From: an uncultured Nitrososphaerota archaeon
GTDB taxonomy: Archaea > Thermoproteota > EX4484-205 > JAAOZO01
Reading direction: 5' to 3'
Assembly (NCBI GenBank): GCA_964408285.1
Contig: CAYOYV010000002.1
Location: forward strand, 44,833-108,832
DNA length: 64,000 nucleotides
Notes under the pieces: model-generated
The model's database searches: none
The model's input: the letters and a program-made list of their open reading frames with translations, nothing else
Told to the model about the DNA's origin: nothing
Position numbers and translations under genes: made by a program
In this document: in pieces, positions 59,015 through 64,000 of the stretch
Layout: each line of letters begins with the position of its first letter
Position numbering within the stretch: position 1 is the stretch's first letter

Positions 59015-59662
59015 ATGTCGGAAGAACCAACAGAACCATGGGAAGAGAAGTTCAGAGAGAAGATGAACGAGCTGGATCGCAAGATTAAGGAAATAGAGCA
59101 GTTGAAGGAGTCGCTTCAAAGGGAAGTCGAAGAAGAGAAAGTAGCAGAGGAAAAGGAACCGGGGCATAAGGTGTATACTTACGGTAGGCCAAGTTTCAGG
59201 GTTCTTGGAAAACCAGTCAGAATAAGGATCGCCGAGAACGAAGACGAGCCGGGGGTCGAAATAACCACCAACATCTCGAAGATGATCAAGGACAGCCTCA
59301 GAAAGAGCTTCGCTGATTTGGGCGAGGACACTATGAGTGAAATTATCGATGAAATGCCAGAGGAGATGGCTTCCGCTGCCATGAAGAATGTGTCGATACC
59401 TGATAGGGTAAAGATATTGAAATTACTTTACTATGGATCGAAGTCCTACGGTGAAATAGCTCAGGCGTTCCCTCCCGATTATGCTAAATCAAGCCTCCAG
59501 CATCATCTGCAGAAGCTCCGAAATGTCAGATTGATAGAACGAGGAGAGACTTCTGGAGACTATGAGATAACAAGTAGGGGCAGATCTCTGCTAAGACTGA
59601 TGGGCATATTCTATGGTGCATTGAAGGGTGGAGACCTTGGTGAAAGTGGTAGTGAAAGCTAG
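59015..59662 (+). CDS. ArsR-type winged-helix regulator with N-terminal coiled coil
   Basis: DRVKILKLL...SLQHHLQKL...YEITSRG; charged N-terminal heptads. Confidence 0.8.
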   Translation: MSEEPTEPWEEKFREKMNELDRKIKEIEQLKESLQREVEEEKVAEEKEPGHKVYTYGRPSFRVLGKPVRIRIAENEDEPGVEITTNISKMIKDSLRKSFADLGEDTMSEIIDEMPEEMASAAMKNVSIPDRVKILKLLYYGSKSYGEIAQAFPPDYAKSSLQHHLQKLRNVRLIERGETSGDYEITSRGRSLLRLMGIFYGALKGGDLGESGSES

Positions 59663-60929
59663 CCCAATAGATCAGCTTGGCATGGCCATTAGCGGGATCG
59701 CCCTGATCTTGGCATTGGCATGGATATTCAGGACAGCTCTCTTCATTTCTCAATACAGCATTGAGATAGTTTACGCATTCATCGTATGCGTATTCTTCAC
59801 GAACATAATACATGTTAAACTGAATCAAGGAGTGTTTGGCCTTGTCTCAAGTCTTGCTTCCAAACTCGGCTCCTTTGCTCTTGACACAAGTGTTGCTTTC
59901 TTCTTTGCTGGCTTCCTCGGACTGGAGCAGCAATTCACGAATTACACTCTGGCCCTTTTCATCGCATCCTTGCTCCTTTTCATAGCTTCCTTCATATTCT
60001 GGAGGCTTGTGGTTCCGAAGAGGGCCATCATAGGCAAGGAGATATTCTCATTTGGCAAGGGACAGATCCAACTAGCGGACGATCTGAAAGCAAAAACGGA
60101 CAACCTGACGGGAATGCCAATCAGGATCGGCAATAGGCAGCTCGGATGCATATCTCTCAACGATGTTGAATTCTCTGTGAATACCACACTGGGATATGTC
60201 AGGGTTCCAGTTAGTGCTCCCGTCCTCATAATGTCAGGCAGACTTCAGAAAGACGCAAGGGTCAGGGATGCAACGGAGGACGAATGGGAGAAAGCGGAGA
60301 GCTTGTATGCCAACAGGAGAAAGCAACTTTCAGGAAGCCTAATCAAAGTCCCCTTCGTGCGTGTCGAAACTTACGAAGACGACTCAACTGAAGTGGAAAT
60401 CGGGCCAATTAGGATCTCGGATACAGAAGAAGGGACGATGGTTGACGTTCCGCCCTTCATCCACTTTGTAGATGAAGAAAAGCCCACAAAAGGGAGGATT
60501 CTAATAGCTTCGGGCGATAGGGACAAAGCCACGATAGCTCTCGCAAGGGGCATTCTGAAGGCGAGTTGGGGCAGCTTCAGACTCAAGACGGATGGAAACA
60601 CATTTACGTCTGTCAGAAAGGGAGGTTCCTATGCCAAGGATAGAGCAGGCAGCATAGTAATAGGCTCACCCGGATACGAACTAACCGTGTCCGGAGACAA
60701 CGTCTCTCTTGAATTACCTGACATTGAACTTATGGCCACTCCTAGCACCTTGGTTGTCAAGGCCGGCGGGAAGACGCAGAGAATTGCCAATGAGAAGTTG
60801 AGCCGCAGACTCATAGATGCGATGGTTGACGTAGCAAAGAATCAGGTATCCGATCTCCTGGGTGGAGCCGAGATCGACCCTGCTGACGTTTATGTAGAGA
60901 TCGATTCGATCCTGCATGGAGTCGGCTAA
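59628..60929 (+). CDS. Membrane protein (about 4 N-terminal TM) with beta-rich soluble domain
   Basis: Hydrophobic first 130 aa then a beta-strand-rich region; overlaps the regulator's 3' end. Confidence 0.65.
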   Translation: METLVKVVVKASPIDQLGMAISGIALILALAWIFRTALFISQYSIEIVYAFIVCVFFTNIIHVKLNQGVFGLVSSLASKLGSFALDTSVAFFFAGFLGLEQQFTNYTLALFIASLLLFIASFIFWRLVVPKRAIIGKEIFSFGKGQIQLADDLKAKTDNLTGMPIRIGNRQLGCISLNDVEFSVNTTLGYVRVPVSAPVLIMSGRLQKDARVRDATEDEWEKAESLYANRRKQLSGSLIKVPFVRVETYEDDSTEVEIGPIRISDTEEGTMVDVPPFIHFVDEEKPTKGRILIASGDRDKATIALARGILKASWGSFRLKTDGNTFTSVRKGGSYAKDRAGSIVIGSPGYELTVSGDNVSLELPDIELMATPSTLVVKAGGKTQRIANEKLSRRLIDAMVDVAKNQVSDLLGGAEIDPADVYVEIDSILHGVG

Positions 60930-61061
60930 CATTATGGACCAAGGCACAGCGATTCAAGCTCAGACATTTCGCAAGATATACAGATGTGAAGGCAAGGATG
61001 ACGGAGATAGTCTGTCTGCTTGAACCAAATGGGGAGGGTCTTCCTCTACCGTAAGGGGTGA

Positions 61062-61988
61062 ATGGATGCCATGGATTACGTGATTGAAACCGAAGGTATA
61101 ACCAAGATCTATGGGGGCAAAAAGAAGGCACTTGACTCAGTTGACATGAAGATTCCGAGGGGAGGAATCTTCTGCCTCCTAGGAAGGAATGGAGCCGGAA
61201 AGACCACATTTCTCAGAATCATTGGAACACAACTTGAACCGACATCGGGCAGAGCGACCGTATTGGGCTATGACGTGATGAAAGAAGCGGATGAGATCAG
61301 ACCGCGCATAGCAGTTGTCCCTCAGGAGGCCAAAATATGGGGCTTCGCGACACCGTGGGACTACGTTTACTCATATGCAAGGCTCAGGGGGATGTCAGAT
61401 TCAGATGCCACCCAAGCCTCCGCGGATGCGCTAAAGAGACTGGATCTATATGACGTGAAGGACAAGGTCGGCATAGAGCTCTCGGGAGGAATGAAACAGA
61501 GGGTGTTGGTATCAATGATTCTCGTATCTGATGCTGAACTGCTCCTGCTAGATGAGCCCTCGATAGGATTAGACCCAGTTTCCAGAAGGCAACTCTGGTC
61601 ATACATAAAGGGTCTATCGGCGACCGGTCATACAATCCTGCTTACGACCCATTACATGGACGAAGCAGAGGTTCTTGCAGACAACATCTCAATCATACAT
61701 GAAGGAAAGGTGATAGTGAACGGCAATCTGCAACAGATACTTGAAAGGAACAATTCGAAGACCATCCTTGAGATAACGGGTAACGATCTCACCTGGACGA
61801 GAGCGTATAATGATGCCGACTCCAAGAACGGAAGGACAACCATAGAGCTGGAGGAAGAAGAGGACGAAATAGTGGCAGAGATCTTGAGGAAGGCGAGGCA
61901 GAATAACTCGAAGGTAGTATTCAGACGCTCGACTCTTGAGGATCTATTCGTCAAGCTCGTCGGAGGTGGAGAAGTTGAGTCTGCTTAA
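61062..61988 (+). CDS. ABC exporter ATP-binding protein (DrrA/CcmA-like)
   Basis: GRNGAGKT, LSGGMKQR, LDEPSIGLD, TTHYMDEA and TLEDLF motifs. Confidence 0.93.
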   Translation: MDAMDYVIETEGITKIYGGKKKALDSVDMKIPRGGIFCLLGRNGAGKTTFLRIIGTQLEPTSGRATVLGYDVMKEADEIRPRIAVVPQEAKIWGFATPWDYVYSYARLRGMSDSDATQASADALKRLDLYDVKDKVGIELSGGMKQRVLVSMILVSDAELLLLDEPSIGLDPVSRRQLWSYIKGLSATGHTILLTTHYMDEAEVLADNISIIHEGKVIVNGNLQQILERNNSKTILEITGNDLTWTRAYNDADSKNGRTTIELEEEEDEIVAEILRKARQNNSKVVFRRSTLEDLFVKLVGGGEVESA

Positions 61989-62718
61989 GCGGTTGGAGCA
62001 GATAGTTATCCTTGGCTGGGTTAACAGCCTACCCATGCTGAGACAGCCAATGCAGATGGTGACATTGATAATATTCGCTGCATTGCCTATTTTCTACATG
62101 TGGGCCTTGGGCGGGATGCATCTCCTTTCCGTCGGTCTGGCAGCTGCCATGATCTCTTTAGTATCGATGTCAGGAACCTTCGTATCTGGGGACATAATAT
62201 TCAACAGGATATGGACGAAGTATCAGGACATCTTGGTAGCATCTCCTGTTAGTCCAATCTGCTACATGCTCGGAATCGCAGTATCGAATTTCATCTCAGT
62301 TGGCTTTGGCCTAATCCCGTTTTCGGCATTGCTGCTGTTACAGGGAAAATTGACCGCCTCCAACGCTGCCTCCATATTCTTGCCGCTCGGTATCTGCTAT
62401 CTATCCAACCTCATGCTTGGGTTCTATCTGGGCACGGTCATCAATGACGTCAAGACCGGCAACTCTCTTGGAAACGTACTTATACTGGCACTCGTTTACC
62501 TCCCGCCCGTCTACTATCCCCTGACTGCCTTGCCGGATTTCCTCAGATTTCCGGCCTTGCTGATTCCGACCGTGAGCACTGCTCAAATAGTTAGCAGTGC
62601 GCTTGGTATGTCAACCGCCGTAGCGGAGTATGTTCCAATGGCCTGGGTAGTGCTTGTTCTTTCTTCGATAGTGTTCGGCACTCTTACTCTCAGGAACGTG
62701 AGATGGAGGGAGCGATAG
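61975..62718 (+). CDS. ABC-2 type permease
   Basis: About 6 TM; LVASPVS and PVYYPLTALP motifs; TTG start after ggaggtgg. Confidence 0.85.
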   Translation: MSLLKRLEQIVILGWVNSLPMLRQPMQMVTLIIFAALPIFYMWALGGMHLLSVGLAAAMISLVSMSGTFVSGDIIFNRIWTKYQDILVASPVSPICYMLGIAVSNFISVGFGLIPFSALLLLQGKLTASNAASIFLPLGICYLSNLMLGFYLGTVINDVKTGNSLGNVLILALVYLPPVYYPLTALPDFLRFPALLIPTVSTAQIVSSALGMSTAVAEYVPMAWVVLVLSSIVFGTLTLRNVRWRER

Positions 62719-62759
62719 CACCTTACGGGATCCTCTTTAATCGAATGTAGCCCATGGTC

Positions 62760-64000
62760 CTACCAATGGTCAATAGGGCATGTGAACCAACTTCTTTTGG
62801 GAAAAAGCGAGTCGATGACTGAAGTGACTCTTCCCGTTGGCTCTGATGTGTGTATGCGTACTGCCTCATCGCGCATGGACTCGCTTAGGGTCTCTATTCC
62901 GAAGAGCATTCCCGTGAAGGTATCCTCATCGAAGAATATCGTCGCCGAAGGTTCAGCTTCCACAACCCTGACCTCTCCTCCCTGAACGCCCAATGTCGTG
63001 TCTCCATACGGAGTGTCAAACTACAACGTCATGTTTGAGGCAATAGCCGGGGTATTATCTAACCTCCTCTCTAAGTCGCCCCTTACTTGCCGCAGCAGTT
63101 CGTCCATCAAGGGGATGTGAACCATATGCACTCCCTGACCCCTTGCGGCCTTCTTGAAGTTCTTGAAGATCAAGGGGTAAGTCTGATCATCCGGCGCGAA
63201 CACCTCGCAGATCTTAACATCTTCGGATATGATTGTGTCCATCACGGCGTCCACAAGCTTCATCAGCGATGCCATATGTCCTGGTTTGAAGACGATTTCC
63301 CTCACTGAGGCCACGTCCGCCGGTTTGAGAGGTCTCTGTTTGGTCTTCCAAAGGGTGGCGTAGGCATAAGCAGTTACCTTTTCGTCCTCTAGAGAAACAA
63401 AGACTTCCTTCGGATCCAATTCCTCGTAGAAGAATGTGTCCGAAGAGCTAACGTCAACCATCTTCTTCTCCCAGTAGAAGGCACTCCTCTCGGTAACACC
63501 GGTGAATCCGCCGCACCAATGCCTATAAACCTCCGCCATTTCGCTTTCGTCTCCTCTCTCGTAGTTCCTTATTCTAGGACCTGATGCCTCGTTGCAGAGC
63601 TCCTTAACCTTCCTGACTTCATCTCCGGCTCCGACCAACATGTCCGGCCATAAGATCGTGTTTCCGAATCCCACTCGCCTGTAGACCCTATGTGCCCCAC
63701 TGCCATATCCCGTGAAGAGACCACTCAGTGGAAATCCCTTCCTTCTGCAAAGGTCGACCGCATGGGTGATTAGGGTAGTGCTGATCCCTCTTCCGCGCAT
63801 CTGAGGTATGGTGGAGACATTGGCTATGCCCCCCATTGGAACGAACTTCGTATCGCCGGTCTTCACATTCCTTCTAATGATTTGAACATGCCCGACTACT
63901 TTGCCGGCATGCTCAGCCACTAGGGCGTTCTCCTTCTGGAATCCATCATCAATTGCTTCATACCCGAGCCAAGTCTGTTTGTTCATTCCGAATTCGCTAA
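62760..64000 (-). pseudogene. Eis-like GNAT acetyltransferase with SCP2-like C-terminal domain, interrupted by an in-frame TAG at 63021-63023 (5' end outside the window)
   Basis: GGIANVSTIPQMRGRG and VYRRVGF motifs; the frame continues across the TAG (NMTL*FDTPYGDTTLGVQGG...LFPK...DHW), joining two ORF-track entries. Confidence 0.7.

Noticed and set aside
62760-63023. Genome-wide TAG recoding
   Set aside because: Many conserved genes in the window end at TAG exactly where their families end
1-64000. CRISPR array, tRNA/rRNA genes, transposases or integrases
   Set aside because: No regularly spaced direct repeats, cloverleaf/T-loop signatures in intergenic DNA, or DDE/tyrosine-recombinase motifs were recognised by eye; tRNAscan and CRISPR finders were not run

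Overview
Gene-dense, chromosomal-looking archaeal region. Evidence for an archaeon: TATA boxes about 25-35 nt upstream of many starts, an archaeal Lhr, a HerA/NurA pair and a COG2150-type ACT regulator. The gene content resembles heterotrophic TACK lineages such as Bathyarchaeia or Brockarchaeota; this is inference only. It carries housekeeping genes (serS, lhr, herA-nurA, an lpdA-like flavoprotein, uppP), a livKHMGF-type ABC importer, and many sugar-utilisation genes (MFS, TIM-barrel epimerase, three Gfo/Idh/MocA oxidoreductases, aldo-keto reductase, xylB-rpe-GH127, CBM9-like). I found no tRNA, rRNA, CRISPR array or transposase by eye. The standout is a three-gene envelope-glycan locus at 25.6-35.1 kb: a Wzx/MOP flippase, a GT-C-type membrane glycosyltransferase, and between them an 1815-aa fusion. 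That fusion has an extracellular GH2 module in which both catalytic glutamates appear lost, a MacB/FtsX-type permease, and a C-terminal cytoplasmic CARF-like Rossmann domain. The fusion and the GT-C gene are divergent around one palindromic TATA box. Features the ORF track misses: a purA 3' remnant, a probable CTG-initiated xylulokinase, an in-frame TAG splitting an Eis-like acetyltransferase, and a 5'-truncated ACT regulator. All assignments come from motif recognition by eye; no database searches were run.
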